Assembly (NCBI GenBank): GCA_023251535.1
Contig: JAHEYP010000018.1
Coordinates: 7,759 to 71,758 of the forward strand
Source of the DNA: Bacteroidota bacterium
GTDB lineage: Bacteria; Bacteroidota; Bacteroidia; AKYH767-A; OLB10
DNA: 64,000 nucleotides
Reading direction: 5' to 3'
A program made the position numbers and the translations under genes. This document shows positions 9,103 through 18,634 of this stretch, piece after piece. Position 1 is the stretch's first letter. Each line of letters begins with the position of its first letter. The notes under the pieces were generated by a model. The model saw nothing but the letters and a program-made list of their open reading frames with translations. It had not been told where the DNA came from and ran no database searches.

Positions 9103-9939
9103 TTATTTTATTAATGAACTTCGTAAAAATGAATACCATTTATCCATGCCTTCGCCTGACGTTGCCGACACTTCGAAAATCTCAATTGTAGGGTTTACCG
9201 TTCTAGCGTAGTTTTTTAATTTTTCCACATCAAACTTCAAATAAGGTAAGAGATCGATTTTGTTGATCAAGCAAATTTGCGAACCGTAAAACATATCGGG
9301 ATATTTTATCGGTTTGTCTTCGCCTTCCGTAACAGAAATTATTACAACTCTTTTGTTTTCGCCTAAGTCGAACATAGAAGGGCAAACTAAATTTCCTACA
9401 TTCTCAATTACGACTATTGAACCATCTTTAGGAGCGAGCTCTTTAACAGCGGTAGAAATCATTTCGCTATCGAGGTGACAACCTTTGCCAGTGTTGATTT
9501 GCAACACAGGAATATTGTGAGCTGCAATACGATCCGCATCATTCGTAGTTTGTTGATCACCTTCAATAACAGAAAAAGAAATTTCGTTTTTTAAGTCGGC
9601 GATGGTGCGTTCCAGAATAGAAGTCTTTCCCGAACCAGGTGAACTCACCATGTTAATTGCAAAGATGTTTTTCGCATCGAAATAACCTCTATTCCTTTCC
9701 GCTAGTAAATCATTTTTCAGTAAGATTTCTTTTTCTAAATTGATTTCACGTCCGTGTACATGGTTATGATCGTGATTATGATCGTGAAAGTGGTCATGAT
9801 CTTTATCATGATCGTGATGATGTTTACCATGATCATGGGTATGAAAATGATGAGCATGGGTATGATGAGATGACTTCCCATTTCTGCCAATAAATTTTAC
9901 AGTCCCTTCATCGGAACTACATCCACAAGTAACGCACAT
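9103..9939 (-). CDS. hypB: Hydrogenase nickel-incorporation GTPase HypB with a long His-rich N-terminal nickel-storage tract
   Basis: N-terminal MCVTCGCS metal-binding motif. A tract of about 40 residues is composed almost entirely of His/Asp. GSGKTS P-loop and a G-domain follow. Confidence 0.9.
   Translation of the reverse strand: MCVTCGCSSDEGTVKFIGRNGKSSHHTHAHHFHTHDHGKHHHDHDKDHDHFHDHNHDHNHVHGREINLEKEILLKNDLLAERNRGYFDAKNIFAINMVSSPGSGKTSILERTIADLKNEISFSVIEGDQQTTNDADRIAAHNIPVLQINTGKGCHLDSEMISTAVKELAPKDGSIVVIENVGNLVCPSMFDLGENKRVVIISVTEGEDKPIKYPDMFYGSQICLINKIDLLPYLKFDVEKLKNYARTVNPTIEIFEVSATSGEGMDKWYSFLRSSLIK
9755..9880 (-). repeat. Degenerate CAT/GAT (His/Asp codon) microsatellite-like tract encoding the HypB poly-His region
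   Basis: DNA at 9741-9900 is dominated by repeating atgatcgtga / catgatc / catggt units. Confidence 0.6.
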
Positions 9940-9944
9940 TGATG

Positions 9945-10286
9945 TTAATCTATAATTAGTTTAATAATCTTTAATTCCTTGCCTTTTAAAATTTCTTTAA
10001 AAGGGCTTTTGCAATTCGGACAAACATCGAATATTTTCTCCAAATGATATTCTGTACTACACTCTCCGCAACGAGCGAATCCCTCGGGTTCGTGAATATT
10101 TACCTTCGAATTTTCAAGTGCTGTTCCTTTTGCTGCAAGTTCCCAAACAAAGGTTAGTGAAGCAATTTCTACTCCTGAAAGTTTTCCGATTTCCAGAAAA
10201 ATCTCCTTAATCGATTCGGCTTTATTTTCTATTAACTCAACTTCGGCCGATTTAATTATAGAAGTAGCGATTGACAATTCGTGCAT
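9945..10286 (-). CDS. hypA: Hydrogenase nickel-insertion protein HypA
   Basis: 113 aa beginning MHELSIA (conserved MHE N-terminus), with a C-terminal zinc finger CGEC...CPNC. Confidence 0.9.
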   Translation of the reverse strand: MHELSIATSIIKSAEVELIENKAESIKEIFLEIGKLSGVEIASLTFVWELAAKGTALENSKVNIHEPEGFARCGECSTEYHLEKIFDVCPNCKSPFKEILKGKELKIIKLIID

Positions 10287-10339
10287 AAAAACAAGTGCAT
10301 TTGGGAACTAAAGTAATAGTTTAAAATAGATGTTCCAGC

Positions 10340-10353
10340 ATGATTATAATCAT
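10340..10353. promoter_or_regulatory. Perfect 14-bp palindrome ATGATTATAATCAT in the divergent hypA / hyaA promoter region, resembling an FNR/CRP-type or Fur-type box
   Basis: Read directly from the sequence: the 14-mer equals its reverse complement. The core TGAT-N4-ATCA has the same half-site spacing as the FNR/CRP consensus TTGAT-N4-ATCAA. It lies 64 bp upstream of hyaA and 54 bp upstream of hypA. Confidence 0.4.
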
Positions 10354-10416
10354 CTTTAAGTTAGTTAGTGTTTATGTTACATTTACCCAGTTAAGTAACT
10401 TCATCCTTATAATGTT

Positions 10417-11541
10417 ATGGAACAACAGGAAAATAAAAACAATGAAACGTACTATGAAAGTGTAGTAAGACAAGGCTACGATCGTCGAGACTTTCTAAAG
10501 TTTGTAGCTTTCATCGGTGCGTACATGGGAGTTGAATCAACATCTCTCGGACAGATTGCAAAAACACTAGCGACAAAGCCTCGTCTGCCAGTTATCTGGG
10601 AACATTTCCAGGAGTGTACTTGTTGCAGTGAATCATTTATTCGCTCAGACCATCCTATTGTTGCCGACATTATTTTGGATAAGATTTCATTAGACTACAC
10701 CTTAACATTAATGGCTGCATCCGGACATCAAGCAGAGGCAGCTAAGAAAGCAACGATGGATAAATACAAAGGAGAATATATTCTTTGTGTGGAAGGATCA
10801 GTTCCTTTAGGAGATGATGGTAACTACTGTTGTATTGGAGGTAGAAGTGCTATTGATATTTTAAAAGAATCAGCAGCTGGAGCGAAAGCAATTATTGCAT
10901 GGGGAAGTTGTGCAACGACAGGTTGTGTACAAGCAGCGAAACCAAATCCTACTGGTGCTACACCAATTGATCAAATTATTACTGATAAACCAATCATCAA
11001 TGTACCGGGTTGTCCTCCGATAGGAGAAGTGATGGCGGGGATTATTGTGCACGTTGTTGCATTCGATCGTTTACCTGAATTAGACGGTGCTGGCCGACCA
11101 AAATCTTTCTATTCAAAACGAGTTCATGATAGTTGTTATCGTCGTCCGTATTTCGATGCGGGATTATTTGTAGAAAATTTCGACGATGAAAATGCGAAGA
11201 AAGGATACTGCTTATACAAAGTAGGATGTAAAGGCCCTACAACTTATAATGCTTGTGGAAATATTAAATGGAATGGTGGTGTAAGTTATCCGATTCAATC
11301 AGGACATGGTTGTTTAGGATGCAGTGCTAAAAATTTCTGGGATGCAGGTAGTTTCTATTCACGCGAACAAGCGATGGGTGGTGGAGTAGAAAGCGATTCA
11401 GATACACTTGGAAAAGTAGTGTTAGGCGCTGTAGCAACCGGAATAGGTGCACATGCAGTTCTTTCTAACGTCTCTAAGAGAAAAGAGCTTACAAGAAGAA
11501 TAGAAGCAGGGCAAGAAAACGAACAAAAAATTAAAGAATAA
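10417..11541 (+). CDS. hyaA: [NiFe]-hydrogenase small subunit with Tat signal (group 1 membrane-bound uptake type)
   Basis: Twin-arginine motif RRDFLKFVA, proximal FeS-cluster Cys pattern ECTCCSESF, multiple CxxC cluster ligands, and a C-terminal hydrophobic anchor. Confidence 0.9.
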   Translation: MEQQENKNNETYYESVVRQGYDRRDFLKFVAFIGAYMGVESTSLGQIAKTLATKPRLPVIWEHFQECTCCSESFIRSDHPIVADIILDKISLDYTLTLMAASGHQAEAAKKATMDKYKGEYILCVEGSVPLGDDGNYCCIGGRSAIDILKESAAGAKAIIAWGSCATTGCVQAAKPNPTGATPIDQIITDKPIINVPGCPPIGEVMAGIIVHVVAFDRLPELDGAGRPKSFYSKRVHDSCYRRPYFDAGLFVENFDDENAKKGYCLYKVGCKGPTTYNACGNIKWNGGVSYPIQSGHGCLGCSAKNFWDAGSFYSREQAMGGGVESDSDTLGKVVLGAVATGIGAHAVLSNVSKRKELTRRIEAGQENEQKIKE

Positions 11542-11562
11542 CAATTCTAAATACATTTCAAT

Positions 11563-13299
11563 ATGTCAGAAAGAATAGTAGTTGATCCGATCACGAGAAT
11601 TGAAGGACATCTAAGAGCCGAAGTAGAGATATCAGATGGTACAATCAAAGAAGCTTTTCTATCTTCTACCATGGTACGCGGCCTCGAGAATATTGTTAAA
11701 GGAAGAAATCCGAAAGACATTTGGGCATTCGTTCAACGTACTTGCGGAGTATGTACATCAACACATGCTGCAACATCAGTAAGAGCAGTTGAAGATGCTC
11801 TTGGGATTAAAGTTCCACCTAATGCAGAGATGATTCGTAATATCATGCAAGGTGCACTCTATATGCATGATCACGTAGTACATTTTTATCACTTGCACGC
11901 ATTCGATTGGGTGGATGTTGTAAGTGGATTAAGTGCTGATCCTGTAAAAACATCTCAACTTGCGCAGAGTATTTCCAATTGGCCGAAAAGCTCTCCGGGA
12001 TATTTTTCCGATTTACAAAAGCGTTTAAAGAAATTTGTTGAAAGTGGACAGCTGGGAATATTTGCTAACGGATATTGGGGACACCCTGCAATGAAGTTGC
12101 CACCTGAAGCAAATTTAATGGCGACAGCCCATTACCTTGAAGCATTAGAATGGCAAAAGGAAATGGTGAAAGTGCATGCTATTTTCGGAGGAAAGAATCC
12201 GCATCCGAATTATTTAGTAGGCGGAGTAACATGTGCTATTAACCTTGACGATGCAAGTGGATTAAATGCAGAGCGATTAGCAATGGTTGAGAAATTAATC
12301 ATTCAAGGAAAAGAATTCATTGAGCAAGTATACGTACCGGACATTTTAGCAATCGCAGGATTTTATAAAGACTGGGGTGCAATAGGAGGTTTTCATAATT
12401 TCATGGCATTTGGTGACTTCCCTACACAAGGTTATAGCAATACCAATCCTGATACATTCAAATTCCCTCCAGGAGTAATATTAAATCAAGATTTAACTAA
12501 AGTTCACAATTTAGATCTTCGTGATTTAAAAACTGTAGAAGAATATGTTAACCACTCTTGGTATGATTATTCAGGTGATGGTAACGCGGGATTACATCCT
12601 TGGGTTGGAGAAACGAAAATTAATTATTCTGGTCCGAAGCCGCCATATACGCACTTAGAAGTAGACAAGAAATACAGTTATATTAAAACACCGCGTTGGA
12701 AAGGACTTCCAATGGAAGTTGGTCCGTTAGCACGTGTATTAGTAGCATATGCATCGGGACGAGAAGAATTCAAAGAAATTGTTGATTCAACATTATCTAA
12801 ATTGCAAGTGCCTGCAGCAGCATTGTTCTCTACATTAGGAAGAACAGCAGCGAGAGCATTAGAATGTCAAGTAGTAGCGGGATGGACATTAGAATTCTAC
12901 CATACGTTAGTAGCGAATATCAAGAATGGAGATACGCGCACGGCGAACATGGAGAAATGGGATCCAGCAACATGGCCGAAAGAAGCTAAGGGTGTAGGAA
13001 TGTCGGAAGCACCACGTGGTGCATTAAGCCACTGGATCGTTATTAAAGACGGTATAACTGCGAACTATCAACAAGTAGTGCCATCAACTTGGAACGCATC
13101 ACCAAGAGACCCTAAAGGGCAAAGATCGCCATATGAAAGCACATTATTAAACACGCCGGTAGCTGATCCTGAACTTCCATTAGAAATTATCAGAACAATA
13201 CACTCGTTCGATCCATGCATTGCATGTGCCGTTCACTTGTATGATGAAAATGGAAATATCATCAATGAAGTAAACGATATTTCTATCTGTACAATTTAA
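11563..13299 (+). CDS. hyaB: [NiFe]-hydrogenase large subunit
   Basis: L1 motif RIEGH...CGVCTSTH and C-terminal L2 motif DPCIACAVH, followed by a short extension that would be removed by HyaD. Confidence 0.92.
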   Translation: MSERIVVDPITRIEGHLRAEVEISDGTIKEAFLSSTMVRGLENIVKGRNPKDIWAFVQRTCGVCTSTHAATSVRAVEDALGIKVPPNAEMIRNIMQGALYMHDHVVHFYHLHAFDWVDVVSGLSADPVKTSQLAQSISNWPKSSPGYFSDLQKRLKKFVESGQLGIFANGYWGHPAMKLPPEANLMATAHYLEALEWQKEMVKVHAIFGGKNPHPNYLVGGVTCAINLDDASGLNAERLAMVEKLIIQGKEFIEQVYVPDILAIAGFYKDWGAIGGFHNFMAFGDFPTQGYSNTNPDTFKFPPGVILNQDLTKVHNLDLRDLKTVEEYVNHSWYDYSGDGNAGLHPWVGETKINYSGPKPPYTHLEVDKKYSYIKTPRWKGLPMEVGPLARVLVAYASGREEFKEIVDSTLSKLQVPAAALFSTLGRTAARALECQVVAGWTLEFYHTLVANIKNGDTRTANMEKWDPATWPKEAKGVGMSEAPRGALSHWIVIKDGITANYQQVVPSTWNASPRDPKGQRSPYESTLLNTPVADPELPLEIIRTIHSFDPCIACAVHLYDENGNIINEVNDISICTI

Positions 13300-13317
13300 C
13301 AATTAAAATCGGCTTTA

Positions 13318-14043
13318 ATGAAAACACGCGATTATAAAAGGGCATATGTTTGGCAGCTGGCTGTCAGGATATTTCATTGGGCAAATGCATTATCAATTAC
13401 TTTGTTAATTATCACCGGATATTTGATTGCGCATCCGCCGGCCATAAGGTCTACGGCAGAAGCTTCTACTCAATTTTGGTTTGGATACATTCGTGAGATT
13501 CACTTCATGAGTGCTTACTTGATGTTTGCGGTTTTATTCTTGCGATTGTATTATGCAATTGTGGGAAATAAATATGCAAATTGGAAAGTGTTTGTTCCTT
13601 TTAATAAAAAAGGATTAACAGGAATATGGCATACTATTAAGCATGATGTGTTATTGCTAAACGATAAGGAATATAATTACAAAGACAGTGTTCATGTAGG
13701 ACATAATAATGTTGCTGCTGTATCCTATTTAGCCATGTTCTTTATGGCTATAATTATGATCTTCACAGGATTTGGAATGTACGCTGCGAATGCGACTTGG
13801 TTTTTGCCAAAGATGTTTGCATGGGTTCCCGAATTTTTTGGAGGCGATATGAATATTCGTTGGATACATCACATAACAATGTGGGCATTCATTCTCTTCG
13901 TAGTTGTTCATGTGTACTTAGTGTTTTACCATGATTGGTTAGAGGGACATGGAGAATCTTCATCGATGATTAGCGGTTACAAATTTGTTCGTACAGAGAG
14001 AGTAGCCGAAGCAAATGATAATACTGAAAACGCAGTAAAATAA
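13318..14043 (+). CDS. hyaC: Ni/Fe-hydrogenase b-type cytochrome membrane subunit
   Basis: 241 aa with four predicted TM helices and conserved His ligands. Position directly after the large subunit. Confidence 0.85.
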   Translation: MKTRDYKRAYVWQLAVRIFHWANALSITLLIITGYLIAHPPAIRSTAEASTQFWFGYIREIHFMSAYLMFAVLFLRLYYAIVGNKYANWKVFVPFNKKGLTGIWHTIKHDVLLLNDKEYNYKDSVHVGHNNVAAVSYLAMFFMAIIMIFTGFGMYAANATWFLPKMFAWVPEFFGGDMNIRWIHHITMWAFILFVVVHVYLVFYHDWLEGHGESSSMISGYKFVRTERVAEANDNTENAVK

Positions 14044-14045
14044 TT

Positions 14046-14079
14046 AAAAATTCCCTGGAGACATTCAGGGAATTTTTTT
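14046..14079 (+). terminator. Intra-operon hairpin plus T-run (partial terminator / attenuator) between the hydrogenase structural genes and the maturation genes
   Basis: aaaaattccctg-gagacatt-cagggaattttttt: a 7-bp core stem that extends to about 12 bp with the flanking A/T runs, followed by seven T. Lies in the 50-nt gap between hyaC and hyaD. Confidence 0.55.
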
Positions 14080-14093
14080 GACAGAATAAGATT

Positions 14094-14606
14094 ATGAATA
14101 CAGAACTGTTTCCACATATCGCCGATACCTTTCATAACCAGGGTAATGATATCCTTATCTTAGGTATCGGGAATTATTTAATGGGTGATGAAGGTGTAGG
14201 CGTTCATTTTGTAAATGGATTGGACCAATCAGAGTTTCCCTCGAATATTACATTTTTAGATGGAGGCACAGGAGGATTTCTGTTGGTTCCGTTTCTTGAG
14301 AGTCATAAAGTGGCAATCATTGTTGATGCGACTATGGATGGAAAAGAAGAAGGAACGATCAGTTTGCTGAAGCCAAAATTTTCGAATGATTTCCCGACAT
14401 CTTTAAGCGGACATAATTTCGGATTAAAGGATATGGTCGAAATCCTTACTATGTTTGATCGAATGCCCGATATTTATCTTTTTACAATTTCTATCGACCA
14501 TATGGATCCGATGGTAATGAAGTTGTCGCCGAAAGTCCAAAATGCTATTGAAGAAGTAAAGCAGAAAATACTCGATTTGATTTTACGTTTGAATGCAAAA
14601 GAATAG
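14094..14606 (+). CDS. hyaD: Hydrogenase maturation endopeptidase (HyaD/HupD family)
   Basis: LILGIGNYLMGDEGVGVHFV motif, small size of 170 aa, and position within the hydrogenase operon. Confidence 0.85.
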   Translation: MNTELFPHIADTFHNQGNDILILGIGNYLMGDEGVGVHFVNGLDQSEFPSNITFLDGGTGGFLLVPFLESHKVAIIVDATMDGKEEGTISLLKPKFSNDFPTSLSGHNFGLKDMVEILTMFDRMPDIYLFTISIDHMDPMVMKLSPKVQNAIEEVKQKILDLILRLNAKE

Positions 14607-14612
14607 TGAGTA

Positions 14613-16904
14613 GTGATTTTTCATTCGTATAAAATAAATATTTCCGGAAGGGTACAAGGGGTGGGGTTTCGCCCCTTTGTTTTCAATCTCGCTCAAGAGT
14701 TTGGAATAAATGGCTACGTAACAAATAATTCGGCAGGAGTATTAGTTTTAGCAAATGGCACTGATGAGCAGGTAGATGCTTTATATAGACAGATTCAAAT
14801 TAGAAAACCGGATGTAGCTTTACTCACCTCCATTGAGAAGGTGGTTTTTCACACTGATGAAAAATTCGACTCGTTTTCAATCAGACCTTCGGAAAGTCAT
14901 TCTCAAGTTAATACTCTTCTCACACCTGATTTCGCGATTTGTGAAAATTGTAAATCAGAGATGTTTGATGAAAATAATCGCCGTTACTATTATCCTTTTA
15001 CCTCATGCACTCAATGCGGACCACGGTATTCTATCACCGAACGTTTTCCTTTTGAGAGAGAAAATACTAGTATGAAAGAGGTAATGATGTGTGAAGATTG
15101 TAATGAAGAATATAAAGATCCTTCCAATTTACGCTTTCATTCACAAACAAATTCTTGTTCGGCTTGCGGTATTAAACTAAAATTTACAGATGCTGCGGGT
15201 AATATTGTTGCGTCAACGAACAAAGAAATATTTGAGCGTATTGCATTAAAACTATCAGCGGGGAATATTATCGCTGTAAAAAATACAGGAGGATACTTAC
15301 TTCTTTGCGATGCAACAAATGAAAGAGCAGTTGCGCTATTGCGGTTGAGAAAAAATCGTCCAACCAAACCTTTTGCAGTGATGTTTAAAGATATTGAATT
15401 GGTTGAATCGTACTTATTAGTTAACGAATCGGAAATATCGTCACTCAAAAGTGCTGAAGCTCCGATTGTTATTTTAAAGCAAAAAGGGAAATCGGATTTG
15501 GCTATAGAGGAAATATCTCCGCGTCTAAATTCAGTTGGAGGAATGTTGCCTAGTTCAGGGACGATGGCATTAATCGCCGATTGCTTTCAGAAACCTTTGG
15601 TAGCTACCAGTGGTAATTCGCACGGATCTCCGATTTGTTCTAGTGAAGAAGAGGCTGTTGAACGATTAAGTGATATTGCTGATTACTTCTTGCATAACTC
15701 ATTGCATATTCGTCACGCTCAAGATGATTCAGTGATGAAATATTCCTCTAAGTATAGTAATCGGATTTTGATAAGACGATCTAGGGGATTTGCTCCTAAT
15801 TACATAACTAAATCACCTGATATTTTATTAGATCAAGTTTTTTGTGCAGGTAGCGATTTGAAAAATACGATCTGTGTTTATCCGAATAGGAATACCTATA
15901 TCAGTGAATATTTAGGCGACTTATCTGATTATGCTAGCGGACAACGATTTGAAACAGTAGTGCAAGATTACTTTGGGGTTTTTGATATTAGTCCTATGGT
16001 ATTGTTGTGCGACCAACATCCCGGTTACATAAGCACTGTTTATGCTCACAAATTGAAATCGTTAAAACCCGATTCGGAATTGCAACAAGTACAACATCAC
16101 GAAGCGCATTTCGCTGCTATTCTAGCTGAAAAGAATTTGATTGATAGTGATCAAAAGATATTAGGTGTGATATGGGATGGAATAGGATATGGGAATGGAC
16201 AAGAAATTTGGGGTGGAGAGTTTTTCGTATTTGAAAACTTAAATATTGAGCGGATCGGACATTTAGAATACTATCCGTGGATACAAGGAGACAAAATGTC
16301 AAAGTCGCCTAAATTATCAGCCTTGGCAATCAGTGGTGGAGATAAAATGTTTAAGAATCACTTTAGTGAGAATGAATGGCTGATATATTCGAAAGCCATT
16401 CAAGCGTTTTCAATTAAGACATCTAGCATGGGAAGATTCTTTGATGCTGTTGCTTATGTATTAGGCTTTGAAGACGCCGTAAGTTATGAAGGAGAAGCAG
16501 CGATGTACGTAGAGCAATTAGCACAAAATAAATTTGAGAAAGGGAATTTTGCAATGAAAGATTACCTCGACGGAATTGAATTAGCTTCCAGTCAAATTCC
16601 TGTTCGGTTATTATTTGCTCGAATTGTTAATGAACGAATTATTGGAGTTTCCGAAGAAGAGATTGCCTTAAACTTTCATTTTACATTGGTGAAAGCTATT
16701 GAAAAGATGGCTGATAAATTTAAAATTCATACATTAGCATTTAGTGGTGGTGTTTTTCAAAATGCATTGCTTGTTGACTTGATAAATGACAATTTATCGG
16801 AGAGATTTGACTTGCATTTCCATCAAGAATTGTCGGCTAATGATGAAAATATTTCATTCGGACAATTAAGTTATTATCAAATAAATCAAAAACGCAAGAG
16901 ATGA
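14613..16904 (+). CDS. hypF: Carbamoyltransferase HypF
   Basis: 763 aa with acylphosphatase motif VQGVGFRPFV, two CxxC-X18-CxxC zinc fingers, a YrdC-like domain and a Kae1-like C-terminal domain. Confidence 0.9.
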   Translation: MIFHSYKINISGRVQGVGFRPFVFNLAQEFGINGYVTNNSAGVLVLANGTDEQVDALYRQIQIRKPDVALLTSIEKVVFHTDEKFDSFSIRPSESHSQVNTLLTPDFAICENCKSEMFDENNRRYYYPFTSCTQCGPRYSITERFPFERENTSMKEVMMCEDCNEEYKDPSNLRFHSQTNSCSACGIKLKFTDAAGNIVASTNKEIFERIALKLSAGNIIAVKNTGGYLLLCDATNERAVALLRLRKNRPTKPFAVMFKDIELVESYLLVNESEISSLKSAEAPIVILKQKGKSDLAIEEISPRLNSVGGMLPSSGTMALIADCFQKPLVATSGNSHGSPICSSEEEAVERLSDIADYFLHNSLHIRHAQDDSVMKYSSKYSNRILIRRSRGFAPNYITKSPDILLDQVFCAGSDLKNTICVYPNRNTYISEYLGDLSDYASGQRFETVVQDYFGVFDISPMVLLCDQHPGYISTVYAHKLKSLKPDSELQQVQHHEAHFAAILAEKNLIDSDQKILGVIWDGIGYGNGQEIWGGEFFVFENLNIERIGHLEYYPWIQGDKMSKSPKLSALAISGGDKMFKNHFSENEWLIYSKAIQAFSIKTSSMGRFFDAVAYVLGFEDAVSYEGEAAMYVEQLAQNKFEKGNFAMKDYLDGIELASSQIPVRLLFARIVNERIIGVSEEEIALNFHFTLVKAIEKMADKFKIHTLAFSGGVFQNALLVDLINDNLSERFDLHFHQELSANDENISFGQLSYYQINQKRKR

Positions 16905-17530
16905 ATATAAACGAATTATTAGGTGCTATCGGAAAAACTGATGAGCAAGATAAAATTTCATATTCCGCTGGAGTAGTAATGGCTCAGAGTTTAAAAGATA
17001 TCGGATTTGATGAAATCCAATACGAAGATTTCCTTGAGGGAATGAAAGCGGTTTATAATGATTCATATCCTAAAATAAGTCAAAAAAGAGCAATTGATAT
17101 CTTTCAAAATTTTGTTGTTCTTTTACAAGAAGATCAGAAAGATAAAAATGCGGAAGAAGGACGATTGTTTCTTGAGAAAAATGCTGCTGATCCGAATGTA
17201 GTATCATTGCCTAGCGGATTGCAATATGAAGTTTTAGTTCCCGGAACCGGTGCTATTCCGTACAACGACAGTGTAGTTAAAGTGATCTACGAGGGAACCT
17301 TGCTAAATAATAATGTGTTTGATTCAACAAAAGATAGCGGCCCTGTAGAATTTGAAATAGCTCAAACTATTCCGGGATGGCAAGAGGCTTTGCAATTAAT
17401 GCAAGTAGGTGCACGTTGGAAATTATTTATTCCTCATCATTTAGCGTATGGTGAATTCGGTGCACAACCAATGATTCAACCAAATGCTACTTTGATATTT
17501 GTTGTTGAACTGCTTGAAATTGTTCAATAG
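16901..17530 (+). CDS. Cytoplasmic FKBP-type peptidyl-prolyl isomerase (FklB/FkpA-like, no signal peptide) embedded in the hyp operon
   Basis: An N-terminal FKBP_N-like helical domain, then an FKBP_C core VKVIYEGTLLNNNVFDST...GPVEFEI...IPGWQEAL...LFIP..LAYGE. The ATGA start overlaps the hypF stop. Confidence 0.8.
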   Translation: MNINELLGAIGKTDEQDKISYSAGVVMAQSLKDIGFDEIQYEDFLEGMKAVYNDSYPKISQKRAIDIFQNFVVLLQEDQKDKNAEEGRLFLEKNAADPNVVSLPSGLQYEVLVPGTGAIPYNDSVVKVIYEGTLLNNNVFDSTKDSGPVEFEIAQTIPGWQEALQLMQVGARWKLFIPHHLAYGEFGAQPMIQPNATLIFVVELLEIVQ

Positions 17531-17551
17531 TTTTTACATTGATTTTTACCT

Positions 17552-18631
17552 ATGAAATATTTAACAGAGTATCGGAATCCCGAGTTAGTTAAACACTATA
17601 TCGCGGAGATAAAGAAGATAGTCACGCGTCCATGGAACATCATGGAGATTTGTGGCGGTCAAACGCATTCATTGGTAAAAAATGGATTGCTTGATTTACT
17701 TCCTGATAATGTAAGAATGATTCATGGTCCGGGTTGTCCGGTTTGCGTTACACCAATTTCACTGATAGATAAAGCCATTAATTTGCTTGAGCAAGGAGTA
17801 ATTGTTTGTTCTTATGGTGATATGATACGTGTCCCTGGTTCAACTAAAAGTTTATTGCAGGCTAAAGCAGATGGAGGAGATTTAAGAATATTATATTCGC
17901 CATTAGAAGCAGTTAATATTGCCGTTGAAAATTCTGATAAAGAAGTCGTATTTTTTGCGGTGGGATTTGAAACTACTGCACCAAGTAATGCGCTTTCCGT
18001 TATTCATGCCGATAAACTCCGATTAAATAATTATTCAATATTGGTTTCCCATGTATTGGTGCCGCCTGCTATGGAAGCTATCCTTTCGGATAAGTTTTGC
18101 AATATTGATGCATTCTTGGCTGCGGGACATGTATGCACAATTATGGGATTAGATCAATATTATCCGATAGCTGAGAAATATAAAGTTCCTTTGGTTGTAG
18201 CGGGCTTCGAACCGGCTGATTTAGTGCAAGCTATCTATCATGCAGTACTTCAATTAGAGAACGGCACATATCTTGTAGATAATCAATATGCTCGTTTAGT
18301 TAAACCAGAAGGTAACCTTAAAGCAAAAGAGGTTATTCATGATGTATTTAAAATTGGAGAGCAGGAGTGGAGAGGGATAGGTAAAATTCCCGATAGCGGA
18401 TATGTTATGACCGACAAGTATAAAAAGTACGATGCCGGCAGCAAATTCGTTATTAATACTATTTCGGGAAATAAAGATGCTAAATGTATTGCAGGAGATA
18501 TTTTACGTGGAATTAAAAAACCGCATGAATGTCCGGAGTTTAATAAAACTTGCAAGCCATCAAATCCTTTAGGAGCTCCAATGGTTTCTTCAGAAGGTGC
18601 ATGTGCTGCCTATTATCATTATTCGCTCTAA
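17552..18631 (+). CDS. hypD: Hydrogenase maturation factor HypD
   Basis: N-terminus MKYLTEYRNPELVKHY, ICGGQTH, GPGCPVCVTP and C-terminal CPEF...CKPSNP Cys motifs. Confidence 0.9.
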   Translation: MKYLTEYRNPELVKHYIAEIKKIVTRPWNIMEICGGQTHSLVKNGLLDLLPDNVRMIHGPGCPVCVTPISLIDKAINLLEQGVIVCSYGDMIRVPGSTKSLLQAKADGGDLRILYSPLEAVNIAVENSDKEVVFFAVGFETTAPSNALSVIHADKLRLNNYSILVSHVLVPPAMEAILSDKFCNIDAFLAAGHVCTIMGLDQYYPIAEKYKVPLVVAGFEPADLVQAIYHAVLQLENGTYLVDNQYARLVKPEGNLKAKEVIHDVFKIGEQEWRGIGKIPDSGYVMTDKYKKYDAGSKFVINTISGNKDAKCIAGDILRGIKKPHECPEFNKTCKPSNPLGAPMVSSEGACAAYYHYSL

Positions 18632-18634
18632 AAT

